NCBI GenBank assembly: GCA_030390025.1
Contig: CM059432.1
Location: 24,430,001 to 24,494,000, forward strand
Origin: Squalus acanthias
Lineage: Eukaryota
DNA length: 64,000 bases
Direction of reading: 5' to 3'
Shown: in pieces, positions 24,153 to 36,376 of the stretch
Position numbering within the stretch: position 1 is the stretch's first letter
Layout of the letters: each line of letters begins with the position of its first letter
Notes under the pieces: model-generated
The model's input: only the letters and a program-made list of their open reading frames with translations
Databases searched by the model: none
What the model was told of the DNA's origin: nothing
Made by a program: the position numbers and the translations under genes

Positions 24153-25777
24153 GGCAGTGCATTTATCATCGGTGTTGGGATGGTGGAGGGAGAGCTGGTT
24201 TCCGGGTTCCAGTCACGATCCCGGCTGTAGCCGCTCTGTCCAAAGGATTTTCCCTTGATTGGCCTTGTTAAGCCCTGCGGGCTTCCCGGCCAATTAGCAG
24301 GAAGTGAGTCTGATGACACGTCATCAGCCGGTTTCCTTAAAGGGACCACGGCCACATTGAGTTTGACAGTTGTTTTTTCAGTATTTGACAGTGTTGAGGT
24401 GCTGCAAACACTGACAAGCACTGCACAAAGGTGGACGCTTGCACCCAGGCTCTCAAATGACTCCCTCCATATGCTTATAAGAACATAAGAAATAGGAGCA
24501 GGAGTAGGCCATTTGGCCCCTAGAACCTGCTCCGCCATTCAATAAGATCATGGCTGATCTGATCTTGGCCTCAATTCCACTTCCCTGCCCGCTCCCCATA
24601 ACCCTTGACTCCCTTATCGTTCAAAAATCTGTCTATCTCCACCTTAAATATATTCAATGACCCAGCCTCCACAGCTCTCTGGGGTAGAGAATTCCACAGA
24701 TTCACGACCCTCTGAGAAGAAATTCCTCCTCATCTCCGTTTTAAATGGGCGACCCCTTATTCTGAAACTATGCCCCCTAGTTCTAGATTCCCCCACGAGG
24801 GGAAACATCCTCTCAACATCTACCTGTCAAGCCCCCTCAGCATCTTATATGTTTCAATAAGATCACCTCTCATTCTTCTAAACTCCAATGAGTATAGGCC
24901 CAACCTGCTCAACCTTTCCTCATAAGACAACCCCTTCAGCTCAGGAATCAACCTAGTGAACCTTCTCTGAACTGCCTCCAATGCAGGTAAATCCCTCCTT
25001 AAATTATGGAGACCAAAGCCACGCAGGGAGGTTCTCTTCCCTTCCAAGGATGGAAGAGACCTCCCCAGGACACCAACGCAGCCTGTTGCACATTGCTCAG
25101 GAGGGCAAAAGCAGGGATGTTGTCAGGGGTCGCTGGCTGCAGTGGCGCCAACCTTTCAATAATCTCAGTGGATCACGATTCAGAGGACCAAGGTATGATT
25201 TTTTCAAGGGCACCGATGTTGCTGCAATAGATGGCAGCTGCAGGTGAGATGACAGAAGCGATCTGTCAATGGTGAGAGAGGTTGTTCCAATGAGGTGGCA
25301 CTGGACATACAGTTGGCTTTAAACACTGTAAGCTAAAGGAATATCTATATGTATTACAAATGAAGTAACCAACATTTTCTGCGCTCTGAAACTGACCATC
25401 TGCAACATGACATCCTTTATATCACTTCTGCAGCTGCCCGCTTATCAGAAAAATCAGAGCAGACTCAAATCGTGCCAGGGTGAGCTGGCGTGTTTGCCGA
25501 GCAGCGGGTAACCCGTGGGGGAGAACGTAAAATGGGAAGGAAGCCTCAAAATAGTATTAAATTGGCTGTTAACAAGCCATTTAATGAGCTCAATTGTATC
25601 CCCCGCTGCTTGGTGTCAGGTGAGTTCTCCGCTTAAAGACCCGACACCTGGGAGACTCGCGTGTAGGCAGGTGGACAGCGGGTGGACAGCGGGTTTCCTA
25701 CCCGCTGTCAATCTTTGCTATTTTGACAGCGGACCCGCCTCCAAACCCGCCCTCTGAGCGCCGGCAAATTCACGGCC
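24153..25777. mobile_element. Harbinger deletion derivative H with Myb exon 1 remnant, interrupted by CR1
   Basis: Ends GGCAGTGCATTT and AAATTCACGGCC; APRLSNDSLHML / REVLFPSKGWKRPPQ; homologous to 40540-40937 and the left end of 61792. Confidence 0.8.
24478..25003 (-). mobile_element. CR1 3' fragment
   Basis: (TTCTTATG)n tail; RLGLYSLEFRRMRGDLIE. Confidence 0.9.
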
Positions 25778-25996
25778 TAGGAGTGTGAGATCAGTGAATT
25801 TATCCTTTAGTGATAAGGCAGCTATGCAGAGACTACATAGTCCCTTTACAATAAAAATGTTATAAAGTATTCTTCTAGCTCCCCACTGCCACAAAAATAT
25901 TCAATCTCCTCTCTGTCAAACAAACTAAAGTAATATTTAAAAAAAAGTTTTGATCAATTTTCTGCTGTCTTTTGCTCAATCAATACAACACATAAT

Positions 25997-26540
25997 CCAA
26001 CAACAACAACTTGTATTTATATAGCGCCTTTAACATAGTAAAACATCCCACTACACTTCACAGGAGCATTATAAAACAAAATTTGACACCGAGCCACATA
26101 AGGAGATATTAGAGCAGATAGGTTTCAAGGAGCGTCTTAAAGGAGGAAAGAGAGGTAGAGAGGCGGAGAGGTTTCGGGTTGGAATTCCAGAGCTTAGAGT
26201 CTTGGCAGATGAAGGCACGGCCACCAATGGTGGAGCAATTAAAATCAGGGATGGTCAAGAGGCCAGAATTAGAGGAGCGCAGATATCTCGGGGGGGTTGT
26301 GGGGCTGGAGGAGATTACAAAGATAGGAAGGGGCGAGGCCAAGGAGGGATTTGAAAACAAGGATGAGAATTTTAAAATGAAGACGTTGCTTAACCAGGTC
26401 AGCATGCACAGGGGTGATGGGTGAACGGGACTTGGTGCAAGTTAGGACACAGGCAGCAAACTTTTGGATGACCTCATGTTTATGGAGGGTAGAAAATGGG
26501 AGGCTGGTCAGGAGTGCGTTGGAATAGTCAAGTCTAGAGC
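25997..26540 (-). mobile_element. L2-type LINE 3' fragment
   Basis: SRLDYSNALL...SRSPITPV; tail ggcgctatataaatacaagttgttg. Confidence 0.85.
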
Positions 26541-26599
26541 TACCTGGGGGGGGGGGGGGGGTGGGTGGAGTATAGTCAATAACCTTTCCAGTTCTGGAG

Positions 26600-26985
26600 C
26601 TATTCAATTATTGTGTGTAAGAGTAGCTCAGCCAGTGACTTTATCCTTCCATGGTTTTGCAACACTGTACCTTTGTGACCTCTTCCATCCCTGTATTCCA
26701 CCTTGCATCCGTGCTCTTCTGGTCCTGCTTCATTGTGAGAACCTAGCCCCCCTTCCTCCTTTCTGCAATTGGTGGCAGAGCCTTCAGCCATTGTGCTCCT
26801 GGCCTTTGGAATTCCCTTTCTGAATCCCTCCAATTTGCTATGTCTCTCCCATCTTTCAAAATAAAATGTCACCATACCCTCAATCATCTTATTTCACCTT
26901 TGTTTGGTGTCTAGTTCTCCTTTGTGCAGTGTCGTCAGATGTTTCAGAATGCTAAAGACAGTATATAAGTACAAGTCGCTATATT
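26600..26985 (+). mobile_element. Degenerate L2-type 3' fragment
   Basis: ggtggcagagccttcagcc...tggaattccct segment and tail tatataagtacaagt. Confidence 0.55.
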
Positions 26986-27179
26986 TCCCTCATTCCTTGT
27001 GTGAAAGCATTTGGTCTACTTATTGTCTCCCCCATAATGGCATAGCCAACGTCAGGGTTTGCTGTGCGGGCAACTGATGAACAGAGTCTCACTTCTCACA
27101 GCACAGTAGTTAACTAACGCATTACAGCGTTTGAGTTCAAGCTTTCTTTTTCCCCTACTGCCGGAGAAAACAGTTCTAA

Positions 27180-27310
27180 GGGGGCAAATTTTAACCTAAT
27201 GCAGCAGGCGGGAAACGGGCGGGTTTGGGTTGGCCACCTATTTTACACCCAGCCAATCTTACTCTTCATTAACCCAAACCCAACCGAAAAGTTAAGTTGA
27301 AATTACGCCC
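27180..27310. mobile_element. Mini-MITE
   Basis: GGGGGCAAATTTTAAC ... GTTGAAATTACGCCC with TAA on both sides. Confidence 0.55.
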
Positions 27311-27348
27311 TAAATATCGGTCCGTGTCTTTCTGAGATCTAGTATTCA

Positions 27349-28748
27349 CAGACCGGTAAACCTGACATTGGTAGTGGGGAAAATGCTAGAGTCCATTATA
27401 AAAGATGAAATAGCTGAGCACTTGGAAAACAGTGACAGGATCGGACAAAGTCAACATGGATTTACAAAAGGCAAATCATGCTTGACTAATCTACTGGAAT
27501 TTTTTGAGGATGTAACTGGTAAAATAGATAAGGGAGAACCAGTGGATGTGGTGTATTTGGACTTCCAAAAGGCTTTTGATAAGGTCCCGCATAAGAGATT
27601 AGCATGTAAAGTTAAGGCACATGGGATTGGGGGCAAGGTATTGACTTGGATAGAGAACTGGTTGGCAGACAGAAAGCAAAGAGTTGGAATAAACGGGTCT
27701 TTTTCCGAGTGGCAGGCAGTGACTAGTGGGGTACCGCAGGGATCGGTCCTTGGACCCCAGCTATTCACAATATATATTAATGATCTAGACAAGGGAACTA
27801 GATGTAATATCTCCAAGTTTGCAGACGACACAAAGCTGGGTGGGCATGTGTGCTGTGAGGAGGATGCCGAGAAACTCCAGTATGATTTGGACAGGTTGGG
27901 TGATTGGGCAGAAGCATGGCAGATGCAATATAACGTGGATAAATGCAAGGTTATCAACTTTGGTGTCAAAAACAGGAAGGTAGATTATTATCTGAATGGT
28001 AATAGATTGGGAGAAGGTGAAGTGCAACGAGACCTGGGTGTCCTTGTGCACCAGTTGCTGAAGGTAAGCATGCAAGTGCAGCAGGCGGTTAAGAAGGCAA
28101 ATGGTATGTTGGCCTTCATAGCGAGAGGGTTTGAGTATAGGAACAAGGATGTCTTGCTGCAGTTGTACAGGGCCTTGGTGAGACCACACCTTGAGTACTG
28201 TGTGCAATTTTGGTCGCCTTATCTGAGGAAGGATGTTCTTGCCATGGAAGGAGTTCAGCGAAGATTCACAAGGCTGATACCTCGGATGGCAGGAATGACG
28301 TATGAGGAGAGATTGGGTCGATTGGGCTTATACTCGCTGGAGTTTAGAAGAATGAGAGGGGATCTCATTGAAACTTAAAAAATTCTGACAGGACAGGACA
28401 AACTAGATGCAGGAAGGATGTTCCCGATGGTCGGGGAGTCCAGAACCAGGGGTCACAGTCTTAGGATAAGGGGTAAGCCATTTAGGACAGAAATGAGGAG
28501 GAATTTCTTCACCCAGAGAGTGGTGAACCTGTGGAATTCTCTGCCACAGAAGGCAGTAGAGGCCAATTCATTAAATAGATTCAAGAAGGAGTTGGATATA
28601 TTTCTTAAGGCTAAAGGGATCAAGGGATATGGGGAGAAAGCAGGGACAGGGTACTGAATTTGGATGATCAGCCATGATCGCATTGAATGGCGGAACAGGC
28701 TAGAGGGGCCGAATGGCCTACTTCTGCTCCTATCTTCTATGATTCTAT
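27349..28748 (+). mobile_element. CR1 LINE, 5'-truncated; 336-aa open RT segment
   Basis: ORF 27368-28378 carries all RT motifs; same subfamily as 16783-18789. Confidence 0.95.
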
Positions 28749-29369
28749 AATTGGTGTTTGTTCCTGGTAACTTAGAAAAAATAAACTCAAACAGCCTGTC
28801 TGGTCTGTGAGCGATATTTACCCCACTTTAGCTGCCACCAATTGTTAGTTTCTCTCAACATTTTTAACTTGGGAAATAATCAATTTACATGAGCTTTTCT
28901 GAAACTTCTATGAACTAAATCAAGCAACCTCCTGCATGATGTGAATAGATAAGTAATCCAGAGGGCCAATAACAGCTAGCACCGGAGATTATGTGACAGT
29001 CCACCATGTACTACTATCCAATTAGAGAGGTGGTAAATATTACACTGTCAGCCTGTTACAGTCAGGCTAAAAATAATATCCTAGTTTATTTAAAAGTGAG
29101 ATCATTAAATAATAACAATTCTTGTCCTACATAAACAGTTCCAAACATAATAAAGTCCAAAATCTTTGAGTTTTTTTCCAGAAATGTTTTAACCACAGCC
29201 ACTCTTCACTGTCTCACATTGAATAGGCAATGTCCTCAAGAAAGCCCCCAACACTTAACAAACTTTATTGGACTTCCAAAGATAGATTTCAACAGCCAAG
29301 AGCAAAGGTGTCCTTTTTTAATAGTCAGACAGTCAGGACAATTAATAATTTCTACCACTCCAGATGTGA

Positions 29370-29745
29370 TTTTTAAAAAATCTCATGCTATGTGGGCACT
29401 GGTATTTATTGCCCATCCCTCGTTGCCCTGAGAAGATGGTGGTGGGCCTACTTATTCAACCATAGTGGTCTGATACAACTGAGTAGCTAGGCTACTTCAG
29501 AGGGCAGTTGCGAGTTAACCATCTTGATGTGGGACTGGAGTCACATATGGGCCAGACCGGGTAACAACGGCAGGTTTCCTTCCCTATACGACATTAGTGA
29601 CACAGTTGGGTTTTTATAACAATCCGAAAGCTTCATGGTCACTTTATTTTCTTACTCTTACCAGTTTTCTATTTCCAGATTTGTTTTAAAACTGAATTGA
29701 AATTCGGGATTATTAGTCCAGGCCTCTGGATCACGAGTCCAGTAT
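29370..29745 (-). mobile_element. SINE sharing its tail with the LINE at 30389-30722
   Basis: Reverse strand ends caccaccatcttctcagggcaacgagggatgggcaataaat...cccacat; non-coding body. Confidence 0.65.
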
Positions 29746-30388
29746 GGCAGTCTCTTGGTTGCATATTGAATTATAAGCCTAGATTTTCCATTGTTGGTGT
29801 AGCAGTAGTTGATAACAAAAAATAGGCAACAGAAAACTCTGCCCACTTTGCATTGTAGCATAGCTTCTAAGGGATGTGAACTGGCAGTGTGGGATGAGCT
29901 GGTCTCAAACAGGTGAGCACTTCAGTTAAATATTAACATATAGGTGGGGACATCCTGCACATCATTTCCTACTATTCTGACGTACAGAGATCAAATGAAA
30001 ATCATGATGACATGAAATGGCCATCTAAAGTTGTTAGTCAGCAGTAAGTACATGGAAGAATATGGAAAGGATGTAATCATTTTAAGGTAAATATATTTCA
30101 GTCAATTCTTAGCAATTTTTCTTTGTTGTTTTTCAACACAAACTTAGGTTCTCTCAAGCCTTTAGATCAATTGTTAATTGTAAATTTGTTCACAATAAGA
30201 ACCCCCCAATCTGAAATGTTTGAAAAAAGAAGAGGACCAATGAAGAGGTGCCAGACAGGTACCCACCTACCACTAGCACAACTTCATCTACAGAGAGAGG
30301 CAAACATATCTCATCTGGAGGCCAGTACACCTCAGCTCAATTAGCAGCTGGAAGGAGACCAAATAGCAGGAGGCGCAATTAAACCATC

Positions 30389-30722
30389 TACAGGATGCAC
30401 TGCAGCAACTCGCCAAGGCTTCTTCGGCAGCGCCTCCCAAACCCGCGACCTCTACCACCGAGAAGGACAAGGCGCATGAGAACACCATCATCTCCAAGTT
30501 CCCCTCCGAGTCACACACCATCCTGACTTAGAAGTATATCGCCGATCCTTCATCGTCACTGGGTCAAAATCCTGGAACTCCCTCCCTAACAGCACTGTGG
30601 GAGTACCTTCACCACATGGACTGCAGCGGTTCAAGAAGGCGGCTCATCACCACCTTCTCAAGGGCAATTAGGGATGGGCAATAAATGTTGGCATCACCCA
30701 CATCCCAGGAATGAATAAAAAA
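30389..30722 (+). mobile_element. Non-LTR retrotransposon 3' end, distinct from the dominant CR1
   Basis: WNSLPNSTVGVPSPHGLQRFKKAAHHHLLKGN* followed by a short UTR and A tail. Confidence 0.75.
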
Positions 30723-30815
30723 GTTTTTTGCACGAATCCTTACCTTCCCAACAGAGTTTATAGGGCCAGGACAACATACCTGCAGTTCGCTCAGGAGCAG
30801 TGCATAATGAGGCAT

Positions 30816-31438
30816 GGGGGGAAATTTAATCCCAAAAAATGGGTGGGTTGGGGTCGGGTGGGAGGTTAAAGTATAAAATTGTGAATCCCGACCCCAAACC
30901 GCCTCCAACCCACCCAATTCCAGATGGGATGGGGGCGGGCAGCCAACCCGCTCCAAGGAGGTAGGTTGGCACTTTAAATATTATAATGAAGCTGGAAGCC
31001 TCTGATTTAACCTGCTGTGTGATTTAATCTGATTTAACCCCCGGCCCCCTGAGCTCCCCCATCATCAGCATCCCCCCCCCACCATAAAACCACCACCAGG
31101 TTCGGACCCCCCGGGATTTGGGTTCGGACTCCCCTGGGGATCGGTCACCCCCCCACCCCCGGGTCAGGAATTAAACCCCCCCCGAGGATCGCCCCCCCTT
31201 CCCCCGGGGTCAGGGTTCACACCTACCTGTGGTTGCAGCCTCCTATCCAGCGTTACCCGCCCGACTGGAAACCAGTCTGTCAATCAGGCTGACTTCCGGT
31301 GAGGAACGTGTCCGTGACCTCACACGCACGCTGTGGAGTTAAAACTCCACAGTGTGTGGGAAAACCCGGAGTTCTGGGTTTCCCACACTCTACCGGGCTC
31401 CCCCAATCCGGGCGGGTCAAAAACGTACAATTCCGGCC
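30816..31438. mobile_element. Harbinger-like MITE with C-rich centre
   Basis: GGGGGGAAATT ... AATTCCGGCC ends; GGCGGG motifs; interrupts transposase J. Confidence 0.7.
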
Positions 31439-32196
31439 TTTGTGTCTCTAGTGAGGCTTTCATAGAATTGTGTCACCTCCTGCAACAAGAACTGCAATCA
31501 ACTACCACAGCTAGCACAACACTGCCTGTTGCAGTGATTTTCACTGCAGCCTTCAACTTCTTTGCCACTGGCTCTTTCCAGGCTGCCGCAGGGCATTTCA
31601 GTAACATCAATCAGTCTGCAGTTCATGCGTGCATTAAGCAGGTAACTGATGCCATGTCTTCTCGAGCTAACACTTTCAGCACTTCCCCCATGAACAACAG
31701 AAAGCAGCGGGTTAGGGCACTGGGGCTTGAGCAGATTGCAGAATTCGGCCAAGTCCAGGACCTCATTGTCTGCATCCACATCACCCTACACTTTCCTTCA
31801 GATGACCCCACTGCCTTCATGAATTATAGAGTCATAGGGGTAAAAATTAGGTCGCGCCCCATTTGGGGCGCAAATATCGTCTGGACGCAAATATTAGCGC
31901 CTGGCGCTAATTATCGGCACTGACTGGAAACTTCACTTTTACCGCCCCGGGAGGTGAGTGGAAAGCTAAATCAGGCGTTGCACACCTGTCTTAAGGCGCA
32001 AAGGCCAAGGAGTGAGGCGCTAACTCAGCGCGCGAGCGCAGCGCAGCTGCTGCCAGTTAGCGAGGGAACACAGACACACTGGCGCCGGCCACTTCTTAAA
32101 GCGGGGGGGGGCCAACTTGCTCCCCAGCCACACGCTGCTCATTGCAGCCTTGAATCTCAGCCTGGAGAGACCTGTGAATCCATTTTGCTGCCAAGC

Positions 32197-34016
32197 ATGG
32201 AGAGGGTGAGAGAACGTGCTCATCGCTTCACCGAGCGGGCCTTGGATGCTCTGGTTGGCGCGGTGGAGCGCAGACGATGTATGCTCTTCCCTGAGAGTGG
32301 CAGGAGGCCTTTGCCACGCGAGTTCAGAAGAGTGTGGAGGGAGGTGGCTCAGAGCGTCTCCTCCAGGAGCATGGTGCCCAGGACCCATACACAATGCCGC
32401 AAAAAGTTCAACGACCTCACTCGGGTCGTCAGGGTGAGTGGCTTTTTCTCAATACCTCTCCATCCCTCCATCTCAACCTCACTCTATGGCCAGAGGGTCT
32501 TAAAACCCCAATGCACAACACTCATCCAACACCTATGGCCCTTTCATGAAACACACACACACATTCCACACTTTGCATACAGTAAGGGCTATTCACCTAT
32601 GGGAGGCACATCAGGCAAGACCATGGCTGCATACAGTAAGGGCTATTCACCTATGGGAGGCACATCAGGCAAGACCATGGCTGTATATTTACTCAGATGC
32701 TGTCCTTTTTCTTACAGGCCAAGCTGGCGCATAATCGGAGACAGCAGCAACGGACAGGTGGAGGGCGGCCTCAGCTGCAACCCCTCAGCGATCTTGAGGA
32801 GCGCGTCCACAGGATTGTGGCAAGCCGGGTGATCGGTCCCGTCGCCACTGGAGACGCCGACCCCGTTCTGGACAGCAATGGTAAGGTCATCACCTTTTTG
32901 TCCTCTGTCCTTCCACTTGTCCCTCACAACACCAGCCTTTGACACTTTCAATCCACCTTGCTAACTCGCTGCACTTATTCCTCCCTTACTGCCACCCTGT
33001 CCTCACGCTAAAGCCACTCTTGTACCTCCCTGCTTTCAGATGGTGATTCACCAGCTGAGGAGACGGGCCCTGAAGCTGCCAGTGGGAGTGAAGCTGCAGC
33101 CGAGGAGGAAGAGGAAGCCGGAGCATCAGTGCCACCCTCTCCCGAGGAAGCCCATGCCCACACTGGGAACACGCCTTCCCTGGAGGGAAGCAGGGGGGAA
33201 GGGTCTGATGAGGGTGAAGCTCCAGGACCCAGCGGGCTGCAGCAACGCCATGGAGGTAGGGAAGAACGGGGGCCTTCTCCCCAGAGGGAGAGTATGCCAG
33301 ACACTCCTACTGCAATGGACGCAGAGGAGGAGCGGCTGATCGCAGAAATGAACACCCAGGCGGTGGGCATGCACACTGAGCTCATGGGTGCAGTGGGAAG
33401 GGTGCCCGAATGCATTGAGTCACTGGCAAGGAGTGTGGAGCACTTCGCTGTAGCACAGGCGGATGCCACACTAACGCTTAGTGCTGCAATTCAGTCACTG
33501 GCTGCCGTGATCCCATCTCTGACTGCTCTCATGCAGACTCAGATTGAGGCCACGCGAGCACAGACTGCTGCCAACCTCGATGGTTCGTGCACATGTCCCC
33601 GGGGCTGTCACCGCGCCGCAGCAGGCCAGCAATCTGTTCTCCGGCAGATTGCTCCGGATGCTGAAGTGCTGCCCCGTGGGAGTGCCAGTGTGTCGGGCGA
33701 GCAGGGAGTTGCTGTCCTCTCTCACGATGACAGCATTCCTGCTGCCAACACTGTCACTTCTCCACTGCACTTGCCACCGCCTGTAGGACAGACTGCTGCC
33801 GCCCATGCAGAGTTGGTGCAGTCTGCAGCCGGGCCCTCCAGGCCCAGAACTGGTCGAGGCCGTCCTTCAGGGGCATCTGCAGTGTCAGGGTCTGACGAGC
33901 AGCAGCCTTCCACCAGCCTTGCTGCAGCCACTGAGGTCCCATTACAGAGGAGCAGTAGGGTTAGAAGGGGGGAAGTGCGCAAGGGAAGGAGATCACCCTC
34001 GAAGGGCAAAAAGTAG
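32197..34016 (+). CDS. Myb/SANT-like DNA-binding protein, join(32197-32433, 32718-32880, 33040-34016), 458 aa
   Basis: GT-AG introns with compatible phases (0, 1); 237+163+977=1377 nt with no internal stop. Sequence RAHRFTE...WREVA...RTHTQCRKKFNDL, RTGGG motif, basic C-terminus. Confidence 0.9.
32574..32681. repeat. Perfect 2 x 54-bp tandem duplication in Myb intron 1
   Basis: tgcatacagtaagggc...aagaccatggc repeated. Confidence 0.95.
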
Positions 34017-34292
34017 GAGGTGTGACAAAATGCTGGTCATTTTTTTATTAAAGGTCGAGGTTCATGGTCCAACTTTTGTTTAGTGTTTTGGACATTATCT
34101 CCAGGTTGTGAGAACCAGTTATGTTATTGACTGTTTTTTTGTGTTTATTTCTATGAGTTTGTCATGAGGAATTGACACACACAGAGTTTGTAAAATAAAT
34201 AAGTTTCTGTATTCAAAATATACATGGTTGGTGGTTGGAATTATTGGTGCCTTGGTCGGCTTAGGGGTTGCGTGCTGGGTTCATTAATGTTG

Positions 34293-35471
34293 TTAGCAAT
34301 GGCAGGGGCCCGAGAAGCGGCTTGCTATTAGCCGTTGACGGACGGCCCTTGCAGTTTGACCATTGTGGGCCGCCCTCCCGCCTTGGTGCTGCTGATGATC
34401 ATCGTCCTCGTCCTCTTCCTCCTCTTCCTCCTCCTCCTCTGGTGGTGCTCCAAGGCCTGGTGGCATTGGCTGGGTCCTGAGGATTGCCATGTTATGCAAC
34501 ATGCAGCACACGACTACGAAGTTCGATACTCGCTCAGGCGAGTACTGCAGGGCTCCTCCGGAATGGTCCAGACAGCGGAACCGTTGCTTCAGCACGCCGA
34601 TTGTGCGCTCAATAATGTTCCTGGTAGCTTGATGGCTCTCATTGTACCGCAGCTCAGCAGGGGTGTTGGGCGTACGGAGCGGTGTCATCAGCCAGGTGCT
34701 CAATGCATACCCCTTGTCCCCGAGAAGCCAACCAACTGGCTGATGCGGTGCCTCGAAAAGTTCTGCCACAGTAGTCTGGCGCAGGATAAAAGCATCGTGG
34801 CAGCTGCCAGGATAGTGGGCATTGACAGCGAGTATCAGCTGTCTGTGGTCACAGACCAACTGGACATTCAAGGAATGGAACCCCTTTCTGTTCCTGAATT
34901 CCTCGGCATTCTCATGCGGAGCACGCAAAGCCACATGCGTGCAGTCAATGGCGCCCTGCACCATGGGGAAGCCCGCTACCCTCGCAAAGCCCAGAGCGCG
35001 GTCACGCTGCTTGTCTGGGGTCATGGGGAAAGAGATGAACTCTCGTCTCCTTCTGAAGAGGGCATTTGTGACCTGCCGGATGCAGCAATGCACCGCGAAC
35101 TGGGAGATATTGGCGAGGTCCCCAGCAGCAGCTTGAAATGAGCCAGTAGCGTAAAAGTTCAAAGCCACTGTGACCTTCACTGCCACCGACAGAGACGTCC
35201 TGGACCTCAGTTGAGGCTGCAGATCTGGCTGCAGCAGGTGGCAGAGCTCAGTGACCACCTCCTTGCTGAATCGCAGCCTTCACAAACACAGCTCCTCGGA
35301 CATATGGATGTAGGAGAGCTGTTCACGATATACCCTGGGAGGGTAAGCTCTCCTGTACATACGCCTGATGGCCCTCCTCCGTCTGGCCATCATTGCCACT
35401 CTCTCTCTGCGTCTCTGTATCCTCCGATTCAGCTGGAGCAGGACGACGCCCCCAATCAGTGCAGCCCCCAT
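34293..35471 (-). pseudogene. Harbinger L transposase, 392 codons, single premature TGA at 35280-35282
   Basis: ATG at 35471; frame continues ELCL*RLRFSKEVVTEL. Catalytic motifs GAIDCTH, SCHDA, LGDKGY and IERTIG are intact. Confidence 0.95.
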
Positions 35472-36376
35472 ATTCTCTTTGCAAGCAAAGTTATGAAGGA
35501 CAGCAACTAAAGTACCAGCGAAGTTAGGATCAATAGGCAAAAGTTCCTCACAAAGCGTTGAGTCAATGTAGAAGTCTCTCTTTCTCTCTCTCCGAATCTC
35601 TCTCTCTCTCTCAGAACGAGTGGTGCAAAAATGTCGACCACAGAAAAAGACAGGAAGAGGCCCCCTTTAAATAGCGCCCCCCCCAGCCCCACAGCGATTG
35701 ATAGCGTTCCAGTCTTCCGGTCGTTGGAAGCGCCAGGCGGTAAGGCAGGGGGCGCCACTCAATTTCCGCTCCGGGGCGCCACAAGGGCGTTGCACCATGG
35801 AATGACGTCACAATCTGCGCGCGCAGGTGGTCGCAGCGGTAAGTTTTAGCGCCGCCGCACAATCTCTAGTTAAGTTCCCGAGCGGCGCAAACATCGCTGC
35901 GCCCGGGCGTTAGCGGCTTTGCGCCCCATTAGCGCCCTCTTAAGGCGCTAACGGGAGGCGCAACCAACTGAATTTTTACCCCATAGAGTTATACAGCACA
36001 GAAAGAGGCCCTTCGGCCCATCATGTCCGCACCGGCCATCAAGCCCTGTCTATTCTAATCGCATTTTCCAGCACTTGGTCCGTAGCCTTGTATGCTATGG
36101 CGTTTCAAGTGCTCATCTAAATGCTTCTTGAATGTTGTGAGGGTTCCTGCCTCTACCACCCTTTCAGGCAGTGAGTTCCAGATTCCAACCACCCTCTGGG
36201 TGAAAAAGTTTTTCCTCAGCCCAGGTAACATCCTGGTGAATCTCCTCTGCACCCTCTCCAATGCAATCACATCCTTCCTATAGTGTGGCGACCAGAACTG
36301 CACACAGTATTCCAGCTGTGGCCTAACTAGCATTTTGTACAGCTCCAACATAACCTCCCTGCTCTTATATTCTATG

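Larger units (their letters stand above)
31837..35982. mobile_element. Full-length, nearly intact Harbinger copy L (4146 bp), GGCGC-motif family
   Basis: Perfect 12-bp TIR GGGGTAAAAATT; ATA TSD at 31834-31836 and 35983-35985; two convergent genes; CpG retained. Confidence 0.97.

Noticed and set aside
26545..26568. G tract as a functional G-quadruplex (also C tracts at 31040-31210)
   Set aside because: Simple low-complexity runs within or between repeats, with no evidence of function.
31333..32832. ORFs 31333-31923 and 31954-32832 as real proteins
   Set aside because: They are chance read-throughs across element junctions, UTR and intron; only the transposase remnant and Myb exon 1 parts are meaningful.
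34335..35141. Long ORFs 34335-35141, 5297-6022 and 45205-46050 as novel genes
   Set aside because: They are antisense shadows of transposon coding sequence.
35280..35282. Programmed stop-codon readthrough in the transposases
   Set aside because: The single stops in L and E are at different positions, and each is explained by one transition mutation.
34293..35471. Host HARBI1 gene or bacterial IS5 contamination
   Set aside because: It lies inside TIRs and a TSD with an intron-containing partner gene and has several paralogous copies in the window.
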